In this document: positions 46,170-55,828 of the stretch, in pieces
Numbering within the stretch: the stretch's first letter is position 1
How the letters are laid out: the number at the start of each line of letters is the position of its first letter
Source of the DNA: Escherichia coli
GTDB lineage: Bacteria; Pseudomonadota; Gammaproteobacteria; Enterobacterales; Enterobacteriaceae
Reading direction: 5' to 3' (one strand)
DNA length: 64,000 nt
NCBI RefSeq assembly: GCF_048403405.1
Contig: NZ_CP183129.1
Notes under the pieces: model-generated
Seen by the model: only the letters and a program-made list of their open reading frames with translations
Told to the model about the DNA's origin: nothing
The model's database searches: none
Made by a program: the position numbers and the translations under genes

Positions 46170-48086
46170 TTATTTTTTGTCTTTGACTTCTTCAAATTCA
46201 GCGTCGACAACATCGTCATCTTTCGCGTTGTTTGCAGAAGCATCAGCACCGGCAGTCTGCTGCTGGGCATGTTGCTGCTGGGCGATTTCCATCAGTTTCT
46301 GGGAAACCTGTGCCAGTTCCTGCATTTTCGCTTCGATAGCGGCTTTGTCTTCACCTTTCAGAGCAGTTTCCAGTGCAGTCAGTGCAGACTCGATAGCAGT
46401 TTTGTCGTCAGCCGGCAGTTTGTCGCCTGCTTCTTCAACCTGCTTACGGGTGCTGTGCAGCAGATGGTCACCCTGGTTGCGAGTCTGTACCAGCTCTTCA
46501 AACTTACGGTCAGCTTCGGCGTTAGCTTCTGCGTCGCGTACCATTTTCTGGATTTCATCTTCGTTCAGACCAGAAGAAGCCTTGATGGTGATCTTCTGCT
46601 CTTTACCGCTGTTTTTATCTTTCGCGGAAACGTGCAGGATACCGTCAGCATCGATATCGAAGGTAACTTCGATCTGCGGCATACCGCGCGGTGCCGGGTT
46701 GATACCATCCAGGTTGAACTGACCCAGAGATTTGTTATCAGCCGCACGTTTACGTTCACCCTGCAGCACATGGATGGTTACCGCAGACTGGTTGTCTTCA
46801 GCGGTAGAGAACACCTGGCTGTGCTTGGTCGGGATAGTGGTGTTTTTCGCGATCAGCGTCGTCATCACACCGCCCATGGTTTCGATACCCAGTGACAGCG
46901 GGGTAACGTCCAGCAGCAGTACGTCTTTTACGTCACCAGTCAGAACACCACCCTGAACAGCAGCACCGATTGCTACAGCTTCGTCCGGGTTAACGTCTTT
47001 ACGCGGCTCTTTACCAAAGAACTCAGCAACTTTCTTCTGAACCATTGGCATACGAGTCTGACCACCAACGAGGATAACGTCGTCGATATCAGATACGGAC
47101 AGGCCAGCGTCCTGCAGTGCAACTTTCAGCGGCTCAATGGAACGGTTTACCAGATCTTCAACCAGGCTTTCCAGTTTCGCACGAGTCACTTTGATGTTCA
47201 TGTGTTTCGGACCGGTCGCGTCTGCAGTGATGTACGGCAGGTTAACGTCGGTCTGCTGAGCGGAAGACAGCTCGATTTTCGCTTTTTCTGCCGCTTCTTT
47301 CAGGCGCTGCATTGCCAGCGGATCGTTGCGCAGGTCAATGCCCTGATCTTTCTTGAATTCTTCAACCAGGTAGTTGATCAGACGGCTGTCGAAGTCTTCA
47401 CCACCCAGGTGGGTATCACCGTTGGTTGCCAGAACTTCGAAGGTTTTTTCGCCGTCAACTTCGTCGATTTCGATAATAGAAATATCGAAAGTACCACCAC
47501 CCAGGTCATAAACCGCGATAGTACGGTTGCCAGTACCTTTGTCCAGACCGTAAGCCAGCGCAGCTGCGGTCGGTTCGTTGATGATACGTTTTACTTCCAG
47601 ACCAGCGATACGGCCTGCGTCTTTGGTTGCCTGACGCTGAGCATCGTTAAAGTATGCCGGTACGGTGATAACAGCTTCAGTTACCGGTTCACCCAGGTAA
47701 TCTTCAGCGGTTTTCTTCATTTTTTTCAGCACTTCAGCAGAAATCTGCGGCGGTGCCATTTTCTGGCCTTTAACTTCGACCCATGCGTCGCCGTTATCAG
47801 CAGCAATAATTTTGAACGGCATGATGGAAACATCACGCTGTACTTCTTCGTCCTGGAAGCGGCGGCCAATCAGGCGTTTAATCGCAAACAGGGTGTTTTG
47901 CGGGTTCGTCACTGCCTGACGTTTAGCCGGCTGACCAACCAGAGTTTCACCATCCTGGGTATAGGCAATGATAGAAGGCGTGGTGCGATCGCCTTCGGCG
48001 TTCTCCAGTACACGAGGAGTGGTGCCATCCATAATCGCTACACAAGAGTTGGTAGTACCCAGGTCGATACCAATTATTTTACCCAT
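46170..48086 (-). CDS. dnaK: molecular chaperone DnaK (Hsp70)
   Basis: 638-aa [20 protein letters not shown]... Confidence 0.98.
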
Positions 48087-48119
48087 CTAAACGTCTCCAC
48101 TATATATTCGGTCATCATG

Positions 48120-48245
48120 TGGTTGTGAGTCTGTAATAGGGGCGAAACGTCTGGTTTCAACTGCCCAATTTCATTTTTTTGCAGACTCACTCACTGCGGT
48201 TGACTACTAAATGGGGTCGTAACCCACGTCATCAAGGGGGAGATG
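48120..48245 (-). promoter_or_regulatory. dnaK sigma-32 heat-shock promoters (P1/P2)
   Basis: on minus strand: CTCCCCCTTGATGA ... CCCCATTTA and CAGTTGAAA ... GCCCCTATT, matching sigma-32 -35/-10 consensus (CCCTTGAA / CCCCATnT). Confidence 0.7.
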
Positions 48246-48461
48246 CAAAAATTTTTTGTGCTTTTGCGCAGAAATTTCGCGATATGCCAGAACAAGACAC
48301 GAAACTGACAGCAATTTTATTCATATAGAGAATGAATGACAGCCAAGACATTCATAGAAAAATTGTAATAAAAAGAAAATATTACGTACCTGAATCTTCT
48401 CTTTATCAGCAGTAAACTAGTGGGTATTCATCCCCTACCTCTCCCCACTAAGAGAATCCTT

Positions 48462-48866
48462 ATGAAATCCGTTTTTACGCTTTCCGCCAGCCTGGCGATT
48501 AGCCTGCTGCTGTGCTGCACAGCGCAGGCAAACAACCATAAAATCCTCGGCGTCATTGCGATGCCGCGTAACGAAACCAACGATCTGGCGCTGAAACTTC
48601 CTGTTTGTCGCATTGTTAAACGCATTCAACTCACTGCCGACCATGGCGATTTACAGTTAAGTGGTGCATCGGTTTATTTAAAAGCCGCCCGTAGTGCCAG
48701 TCAGAGCCTGAATATTCCTTCAGAAATAAAAGAAGGGCAAACCACTGACTGGATCAACATTAACAGCGATAACGACAATAAACGCTGCGTCTCAAAAATC
48801 ACCTTTTCCGGCCATACGGTGAACTCATCGGATATGGCCACGCTGAAAATTATCGGCGACGACTAA
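48462..48866 (+). CDS. yaaI: DUF2541 secreted protein YaaI
   Basis: ORF track 48420..48866; trimmed to 134 aa starting [23 protein letters not shown] (signal peptide). Confidence 0.85.
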   Translation: MKSVFTLSASLAISLLLCCTAQANNHKILGVIAMPRNETNDLALKLPVCRIVKRIQLTADHGDLQLSGASVYLKAARSASQSLNIPSEIKEGQTTDWININSDNDNKRCVSKITFSGHTVNSSDMATLKIIGDD

Positions 48867-48891
48867 CGCCAGAATATAGAAGCCACAAAAA

Positions 48892-49605
48892 ATGAATGTT
48901 AATTACCTGAATGATTCAGATCTGGATTTTCTCCAGCATTGTAGTGAGGAACAATTGGCAAATTTCGCCCGGCTGCTCACTCATAATGAAAAAGGCAAAA
49001 CTCGCCTCTCCAGCGTACTGATGCGCAACGAACTGTTTAAATCGATGGAAGGACATCCCGAGCAACACCGCCGCAACTGGCAGCTGATTGCCGGAGAATT
49101 ACAACATTTTGGTGGCGATAGTATCGCCAACAAATTGCGCGGACACGGTAAATTGTATCGGGCCATTTTGCTCGATGTTTCAAAAAGATTGAAGCTGAAA
49201 GCCGACAAAGAGATGTCTACGTTTGAAATTGAGCAACAGTTACTGGAGCAATTTCTGCGTAATACCTGGAAGAAAATGGACGAGGAACATAAGCAGGAGT
49301 TTCTGCACGCGGTCGATGCCAGGGTGAATGAGCTGGAAGAGCTGCTGCCGCTGCTGATGAAAGACAAATTATTGGCAAAAGGCGTGTCGCATTTGCTTTC
49401 CAGCCAATTGACCCGCATTTTACGCACCCACGCAGCAATGAGCGTACTTGGGCATGGTTTGCTGCGCGGCGCGGGGCTGGGAGGCCCTGTAGGCGCGGCA
49501 CTAAATGGGGTTAAAGCGGTCAGCGGCAGCGCCTATCGCGTGACGATTCCAGCCGTACTGCAAATCGCCTGCCTGCGCCGGATGGTTAGTGCCACTCAGG
49601 TCTGA
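48892..49605 (+). CDS. yaaW: UPF0174 protein YaaW
   Basis: 237-aa ORF; synteny between yaaI and satP. Confidence 0.85.
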   Translation: MNVNYLNDSDLDFLQHCSEEQLANFARLLTHNEKGKTRLSSVLMRNELFKSMEGHPEQHRRNWQLIAGELQHFGGDSIANKLRGHGKLYRAILLDVSKRLKLKADKEMSTFEIEQQLLEQFLRNTWKKMDEEHKQEFLHAVDARVNELEELLPLLMKDKLLAKGVSHLLSSQLTRILRTHAAMSVLGHGLLRGAGLGGPVGAALNGVKAVSGSAYRVTIPAVLQIACLRRMVSATQV

Positions 49606-49753
49606 TACCGGAAACCGGGGAAAATTTTCATTTTCCCCTCAAAAGATCGTAGACACTGCCCCACTGGCTGATTATTATGCCGCGCCCTGAAAACACTACA
49701 GTTATTCAGGGAAATTATTTCACCATTCATTCGATGATGATTTTTGAGGAATT

Positions 49754-50320
49754 ATGGGCAACACTAAGTTGGCTAATCCGGCACCGCTGGGCCTGATGGG
49801 CTTCGGCATGACCACCATTCTGCTTAACCTGCACAACGTGGGTTATTTCGCTCTGGACGGTATTATTCTTGCCATGGGCATTTTCTACGGCGGCATCGCG
49901 CAAATTTTTGCTGGTCTGCTGGAGTACAAAAAAGGCAACACTTTCGGTTTAACCGCATTCACCTCTTACGGTTCTTTCTGGCTGACGCTGGTTGCGATTC
50001 TGCTGATGCCGAAACTGGGTCTGACCGATGCGCCAAATGCACAGTTCCTTGGTGTCTACCTGGGTCTGTGGGGCGTATTTACGCTGTTTATGTTCTTCGG
50101 CACGCTGAAAGGCGCACGCGTTCTGCAATTCGTTTTCTTTAGCCTGACCGTGCTGTTTGCCCTGCTGGCGATCGGTAACATTGTCGGTAATGCCGCGATC
50201 ATCCACTTTGCCGGCTGGATTGGTCTGATCTGCGGTGCCAGCGCAATCTATCTGGCGATGGGTGAAGTGCTGAACGAGCAGTTTGGTCGCACCGTTCTGC
50301 CGATTGGTGAATCGCACTAA
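49754..50320 (+). CDS. satP: succinate-acetate/proton symporter SatP (YaaH)
   Basis: 188-aa six-TM ORF MGNTKLANPAPLGLMGFGMTT... Confidence 0.94.
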   Translation: MGNTKLANPAPLGLMGFGMTTILLNLHNVGYFALDGIILAMGIFYGGIAQIFAGLLEYKKGNTFGLTAFTSYGSFWLTLVAILLMPKLGLTDAPNAQFLGVYLGLWGVFTLFMFFGTLKGARVLQFVFFSLTVLFALLAIGNIVGNAAIIHFAGWIGLICGASAIYLAMGEVLNEQFGRTVLPIGESH

Positions 50321-50330
50321 TTGTTTTGAG

Positions 50331-50357
50331 ATCCCCCCGCTCGGGGGGATTTTTTTA
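50331..50357 (+). terminator. satP rho-independent terminator
   Basis: ATCCCCCCGCTCGGGGGGAT perfect hairpin followed by TTTTTTT; abuts the mog stop on the opposite strand. Confidence 0.8.
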
Positions 50358-50942
50358 TTCGCTAACTTCGCGTCTTGCACTCTTCGGTCTGAATGCAGCA
50401 ACCACTTCCGGTGCCGTTTCAACGTATGGCCCTTCCAGCAACTGAATGCAGTACGGTACGCTGGCAAAAATACCGTGCACCACAACGTTACCCTCAGCGT
50501 CCTTTACACCTTCCAGCGTCTCTTTAATCGACTTCGGCTGACCGGGTAAGTTAAGGATCAGCGCCTGTTTGCGAATCACACCCACCTGACGCGAAAGGAT
50601 CGCAGTTGGTACAAAATGCAGGCTGATCTGGCGCATCTGTTCACCAAAGCCTGGCATCTCGCGGTCCGCTACTGCCAGCGTCGCATCGGGCGTTACGTCA
50701 CGACGCGCCGGGCCAGTTCCGCCCGTGGTGAGCACCAGATGGCAACTCATTTCATCCACCAGCTCACACAACGTTTGCTCGATGATCGCCTGCTCGTCGG
50801 GGATTAAGCGGGTTTCCAGTTCAAACGGCGTGGTTAGCGCCGATGTCAGCCATTCTTCCAACGCAGGGATGCCTTTATCCTGATAAACGCCGCTGGATGC
50901 GCGATCAGAGATGGAAACTAAGCCAATACGTAAAGTATTCAT
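50355..50942 (-). CDS. mog: molybdopterin adenylyltransferase Mog
   Basis: ORF track 50355..50945; 195 aa starting MNTLRIGLVSISDRA. Confidence 0.94.
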   Translation of the reverse strand: MNTLRIGLVSISDRASSGVYQDKGIPALEEWLTSALTTPFELETRLIPDEQAIIEQTLCELVDEMSCHLVLTTGGTGPARRDVTPDATLAVADREMPGFGEQMRQISLHFVPTAILSRQVGVIRKQALILNLPGQPKSIKETLEGVKDAEGNVVVHGIFASVPYCIQLLEGPYVETAPEVVAAFRPKSARREVSE

Positions 50943-51056
50943 CAAGATTTTTCCGTTTAAACAGTCTCGTTAAACAGAATGATACACTGCGAAGGGAGTG
51001 ACAGACAGGCTTCAGAAGAGGTAGCGTGACCGACTTCCCGGTCACGCTAAGAATGA

Positions 51057-52010
51057 TTACAGCAGATCGCCGATCATTTTTTCCAGTTTTTCCTGGTCAA
51101 CAGCAAACTTACGGATACCTTCCGCCAGTTTATCTACTGCCATTGGATCCTGGTTATGCTGCCACAGGAACTCGGACTCAGTGATACGCGCCGGACGCGC
51201 TTTCACTTCGCCGGTGTAAGACAGTTTACGTTCGATAGCCCCTTCGCTCTCAGCCAGCTCTTTCAGCAGCGCCGGTGCGATGGTCAGACGGTCGCAGCCT
51301 GCCAGTTCCAGAATTTCGCCGATGTTACGGAAGCTTGCGCCCATCACCACGGTTTCATAACCGTGCTCTTTGTAGTACTGGTAGATTTCAGATACAGAAA
51401 CCACGCCCGGATCTTCTGCCGGAGCGTACTCTTTCTTGTCGGTATTCGCTTTGTACCAGTCAAGAATACGGCCAACAAACGGCGAGATCAGGAACACGCC
51501 CGCTTCCGCACAAGCACGAGCCTGAGCGAAGGAGAACAGCAGGGTCAGGTTACAGTTAATACCTTCTTTTTCCAGCTGTTCTGCAGCACGGATACCCTGC
51601 CAGGTAGAAGCCAGTTTGATCAGAATACGATCGTTGCTAATACCTGCATCGTTGTAGAGTTTGATCAGGCGTTTTGCTTTCGCAATTGACGCTTCGGTGT
51701 CATAGGAAAGACGCGCATCAACTTCAGTTGAGATACGGCCCGGAACCAGTTTCAGGATTTCCAGACCAATATTTACTGCCAGTTTGTCGGTCGCGTCCAC
51801 GATCTGCTGCGCGCGATCGTTGCTCTGCTGTTTCGCCCAGGCGACAGCATCATCAATCAACTTACGGTATTCCGGAATCTGCGCTGCGTTAAGAATGAGA
51901 GAAGGGTTGGTTGTGGCATCCTGCGGTTGATACAGCTTCATTGCCGCGATGTCCCCAGTGTCGGCCACTACGGTGGTGTACTGACGAAGGGAGGTCAATT
52001 TGTCCGTCAT
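51057..52010 (-). CDS. talB: transaldolase B
   Basis: ORF track 51057..52073; trimmed to 317 aa starting [20 protein letters not shown]. Confidence 0.96.
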
Positions 52011-52288
52011 GATAGTATTTCTCTTTAAACAGCTTGTTAGGGGGATGTAACCGGTCTGCCCTGATGATATCACGACGCAACGTCAGCGCAACCGCCGACA
52101 AGACGGTTATCGCCAGGCGAGACTGTTTCAGATTTCTGACACTGCGTTGATATCGCCCGCCATTTTTATACAAAACCTCATGTATGCTACGCAGAAGTTA
52201 TCAAGTACCTCGTAGCGTATATACTTCTTAAACAATTGGTAACGTTTACACAGGAAAGTCATCGCGACCGGCAATAAGAGGGATATGC

Positions 52289-53719
52289 ATGCCAGATTTT
52301 TTCTCCTTTATTAACAGCGTCCTTTGGGGATCGGTAATGATTTACCTGCTCTTCGGCGCAGGTTGTTGGTTCACTTTTCGCACCGGATTTGTGCAGTTTC
52401 GCTACATCCGCCAGTTTGGCAAAAGTCTTAAAAATAGCATTCATCCACAGCCAGGCGGTTTAACCTCATTTCAATCATTGTGTACCAGTCTTGCGGCGCG
52501 CGTGGGTAGCGGCAACCTGGCTGGCGTTGCGCTGGCTATTACCGCCGGTGGACCAGGTGCCGTCTTCTGGATGTGGGTTGCCGCGTTTATCGGCATGGCG
52601 ACCTCGTTTGCCGAATGTTCCCTTGCACAACTTTATAAAGAACGTGACGTTAATGGGCAGTTTCGTGGCGGACCGGCATGGTATATGGCGCGCGGGCTGG
52701 GGATGCGCTGGATGGGCGTTCTGTTCGCCCTCTTTTTGCTCATCGCCTACGGCATAATTTTCAGCGGAGTTCAGGCGAACGCCGTTGCCCGAGCCCTGAG
52801 TTTTTCTTTTGATTTTCCCCCGCTGGTGACAGGCATTATTCTTGCTGTCTTTGCTCTGCTGGCAATCACTCGCGGTCTTCATGGCGTCGCCCGGCTCATG
52901 CAAGGGTTTGTCCCGTTGATGGCGATAATCTGGGTACTGACCAGCCTGGTAATTTGCGTAATGAATATCGGGCAACTTCCCCACGTCATTTGGTCTATTT
53001 TTGAGAGTGCTTTTGGCTGGCAGGAAGCGGCAGGCGGCGCGGCGGGATATACCTTAAGCCAGGCGATTACTAACGGTTTTCAGCGCAGTATGTTTTCCAA
53101 TGAGGCGGGAATGGGGTCGACGCCAAACGCGGCAGCGGCGGCTGCGTCCTGGCCTCCGCATCCCGCAGCGCAAGGAATTGTCCAGATGATTGGCATTTTT
53201 ATCGACACCCTGGTCATCTGTACGGCAAGCGCCATGCTGATATTACTGGCGGGTAACGGCACAACCTACATGCCGCTGGAAGGTATTCAGCTTATCCAGA
53301 AGGCGATGCGGGTGTTAATGGGTTCCTGGGGTGCGGAGTTTGTTACCCTCGTGGTTATTCTGTTTGCCTTCAGCTCCATCGTTGCCAACTACATTTATGC
53401 CGAAAACAATCTCTTCTTCTTACGCCTGAACAACCCTAAAGCGATCTGGTGTCTGCGAATCTGCACCTTCGCAACGGTCATCGGCGGCACCTTGCTAAGT
53501 CTTCCGCTGATGTGGCAACTGGCAGATATCATTATGGCCTGCATGGCTATTACCAATTTGACCGCCATATTACTGCTCTCGCCTGTGGTTCATACCATTG
53601 CCAGTGATTATCTACGCCAGCGTAAACTCGGCGTGCGCCCGGTGTTTGATCCGTTGCGTTATCCGGATATCGGTCGCCAGCTTTCTCCGGACGCGTGGGA
53701 TGATGTTTCGCAGGAGTAA
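52289..53719 (+). CDS. yaaJ: sodium:alanine symporter family transporter YaaJ
   Basis: 476-aa polytopic membrane ORF; synteny. Confidence 0.92.
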   Translation: MPDFFSFINSVLWGSVMIYLLFGAGCWFTFRTGFVQFRYIRQFGKSLKNSIHPQPGGLTSFQSLCTSLAARVGSGNLAGVALAITAGGPGAVFWMWVAAFIGMATSFAECSLAQLYKERDVNGQFRGGPAWYMARGLGMRWMGVLFALFLLIAYGIIFSGVQANAVARALSFSFDFPPLVTGIILAVFALLAITRGLHGVARLMQGFVPLMAIIWVLTSLVICVMNIGQLPHVIWSIFESAFGWQEAAGGAAGYTLSQAITNGFQRSMFSNEAGMGSTPNAAAAAASWPPHPAAQGIVQMIGIFIDTLVICTASAMLILLAGNGTTYMPLEGIQLIQKAMRVLMGSWGAEFVTLVVILFAFSSIVANYIYAENNLFFLRLNNPKAIWCLRICTFATVIGGTLLSLPLMWQLADIIMACMAITNLTAILLLSPVVHTIASDYLRQRKLGVRPVFDPLRYPDIGRQLSPDAWDDVSQE

Positions 53720-53788
53720 TCACAACTATCGATCAACTCATTCTCTTTTTTTGCTAAAGTCGGCATAAATTTCCTGCAAGGACTGGAT

Positions 53789-54565
53789 ATGCTGATTCTT
53801 ATTTCACCTGCGAAAACGCTCGATTACCAAAGCCCGTTGCCCACCACGCGCTATACGCTGCCGGAGCTGTTAGACAATTCCCAGCAGTTGATCCATGAAG
53901 CGCGGAAACTGACGCCTCCGCAGATTAGCACGCTGATGCGCATCAGCGACAAACTGGCGGGTATCAACGCCGCTCGCTTTCATGACTGGCAGCCAGATTT
54001 CACGCCGGAGAATGCCCGCCAGGCGATTCTGGCGTTTAAAGGTGATGTCTACACCGGCTTGCAGGCCGAAACCTTCAGCGAAGACGATTTCGATTTTGCC
54101 CAACAGCATTTGCGAATGCTTTCCGGCTTGTATGGCGTACTGCGCCCGCTCGATTTAATGCAGCCTTATCGTCTGGAAATGGGGATCCGTCTTGAGAATG
54201 CCCGAGGGAAAGATCTGTATCAATTCTGGGGAGATATCATCACCAACAAGCTGAACGAGGCGCTCGCAGCACAAGGCGATAATGTGGTGATTAATCTGGC
54301 GTCAGATGAGTATTTTAAATCGGTGAAGCCGAAGAAATTGAATGCCGAGATTATCAAGCCGGTGTTCCTCGATGAGAAGAACGGCAAATTTAAGATCATC
54401 AGCTTCTACGCTAAGAAAGCACGCGGTCTGATGAGTCGTTTCATTATTGAAAATCGGCTGACCAAACCAGAGCAACTGACTGGTTTTAATAGCGAAGGTT
54501 ACTTCTTTGATGAAGCTTCCTCCAGCAATGGCGAACTGGTGTTTAAACGCTACGAGCAGCGTTAA
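53789..54565 (+). CDS. yaaA: peroxide stress protein YaaA (DUF328)
   Basis: 258-aa [20 protein letters not shown]... Confidence 0.93.
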   Translation: MLILISPAKTLDYQSPLPTTRYTLPELLDNSQQLIHEARKLTPPQISTLMRISDKLAGINAARFHDWQPDFTPENARQAILAFKGDVYTGLQAETFSEDDFDFAQQHLRMLSGLYGVLRPLDLMQPYRLEMGIRLENARGKDLYQFWGDIITNKLNEALAAQGDNVVINLASDEYFKSVKPKKLNAEIIKPVFLDEKNGKFKIISFYAKKARGLMSRFIIENRLTKPEQLTGFNSEGYFFDEASSSNGELVFKRYEQR

Positions 54566-54604
54566 GTTTGTAGTCAATGCCGGATGGCAATCCGGCATTG
54601 ATAT

Positions 54605-54901
54605 TTAGCGATGATGTTTGTCAGGCCCCGGACGATGATCGCCACGATGATCATTGTGCTTGTTATGGCGCGGCGATGGCGGCGGTCCATATGGGTGCCA
54701 GCGATTGCCTCGCCATTCATAATGTTGTTTCCACCAGCCGTGGTCGCGCCAGTGACCGCCATCCCAGTAATAGCCACGATTATCACGATCGCCTATCTGT
54801 AATTTTACTGACGGGACTAGCGTAATTTCCGCAGCCTGCGCTGCCATGGGAGCGACCAGAACCAGGGAAAGTGCGAGTACGATAGATTGCATCTTTTTCA
54901 C
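54605..54901 (-). CDS. yaaX: DUF2502 secreted protein YaaX
   Basis: 98-aa ORF with signal peptide and His/Arg/Trp-rich C-terminus; position matches K-12 yaaX. Confidence 0.85.
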   Translation of the reverse strand: MKKMQSIVLALSLVLVAPMAAQAAEITLVPSVKLQIGDRDNRGYYWDGGHWRDHGWWKQHYEWRGNRWHPYGPPPSPRHNKHNDHRGDHRPGPDKHHR

Positions 54902-55062
54902 AGGTTACTCCTTTTATCATTGCCCGTTATGGGTCGATATCCGGAGATTACGCGATGAGAACGGCAGTTGTTATTCTCCGCAATCCTAATCTCTAAGTTA
55001 CCGCATTTATTGAGAATTTCTCCTTTTTCCCTGTCGTTTTTCTCCATATTTTCTTCATAATA

Positions 55063-55772
55063 AATATCCTCCGGCATAGCCGGAGGTTTTTCAAATGCGC
55101 CTATAAGGCTCTCTTACCAGCCGCGCCCTAACAGGCGCACACGATCTGACATTTGCATCCAACTTCGTTACTTACGGCCCGTAAACGGGCTGCCCGGATA
55201 GGGAATCGATAACTGCTCTCCCATTTTATCCTCTTCAAGCTGGTGCTTTATGTAATCCTGTATCTTCGCCGTGTTCTTACCCACCGTATCGACGTAGTAC
55301 CCTCTGCACCAGAACTCCCTGTTCCTGTATTTGAATTTCAAATCACCAAACTGCTCGTAAAGCATCAGACTGCTTTTCCCTTTCAGATATCCCATAAAGC
55401 CGGATACGCTCATTTTGGGCGGGATCTCCACAAGCATATGGATATGATCTGCACAGCATTCAGCTTCCAGAATCCGTACACTTTTCCACTCACACAGCTT
55501 TCTCAAAATACTGCCTATTGCTCTACGCTTCTCTCTGTAGAACACCTGTCTTCGGTATTTTGGCGCAAAAACTATGTGATATTTACAGTTCCATCGGGTG
55601 TGCGCTAAGCTCTTTTCGTTCCCCATTGGGACCCCCTTTTGATTTCTTGTTTGACACTTGCAGTTGCCAGACCGCAAGGTGTTTTAACAAATCAAAAGGG
55701 GTTTTAATAACTGGCTTAAAGCTGAAAGCTTTCCGGAACCCCCAGCCTAGCTGGGGGTTTTCTGTGCACAAC
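55063..55772 (-). mobile_element. IS200-family insertion sequence (IS200/IS605 family, single-ORF type)
   Basis: about 710 bp absent from K-12 at this site; boundaries found by aligning flanks to the recalled K-12 thrC-yaaX spacer (…TTCTTCATAA | IS | AAAAAAGCCGGGCTG…); encodes HUH Y1 transposase; sub-terminal perfect hairpin CCCCCAGCCTAGCTGGGGG. Confidence 0.85.
55168..55626 (-). CDS. tnpA: IS200 transposase TnpA (HUH single-strand Y1 transposase)
   Basis: ORF track 55168..55677; trimmed to 152 aa MGNEKSLAHTRWNCKYHIVFAPKYRRQVFY...HIHMLVEIPPK...FWCRGYYVDTVGKN, carrying the HuH motif and catalytic Tyr region of IS200 TnpA. Confidence 0.9.
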   Translation of the reverse strand: MGNEKSLAHTRWNCKYHIVFAPKYRRQVFYREKRRAIGSILRKLCEWKSVRILEAECCADHIHMLVEIPPKMSVSGFMGYLKGKSSLMLYEQFGDLKFKYRNREFWCRGYYVDTVGKNTAKIQDYIKHQLEEDKMGEQLSIPYPGSPFTGRK

Positions 55773-55774
55773 AA

Positions 55775-55812
55775 AAAAGCCGGGCTGCATAAAAGCAAAC
55801 CCGGCCTGATTG
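55775..55812 (-). terminator. thrC (thr operon) rho-independent terminator
   Basis: on minus strand GCCGGGTTTGCTTTTATGCAGCCCGGCTTTTTT just after thrC stop; the IS200 insertion begins immediately after the U-tract. Confidence 0.8.
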
Positions 55813-55828
55813 AGATAATGAATAGATG

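Noticed and set aside
46092-46895. 267-aa and 181-aa plus-strand ORFs, and 47202..48128 (308 aa), overlapping dnaK
   Set aside because: Antisense to dnaK; low-complexity S/C/F-rich products; dnaK on the minus strand explains the region.
54574-54825. Three alternative ORFs (63-82 aa) overlapping yaaX on both strands
   Set aside because: The yaaX frame on the minus strand has a clear signal peptide and matches K-12; the others are byproducts of the repetitive His/Arg/Trp codon content.
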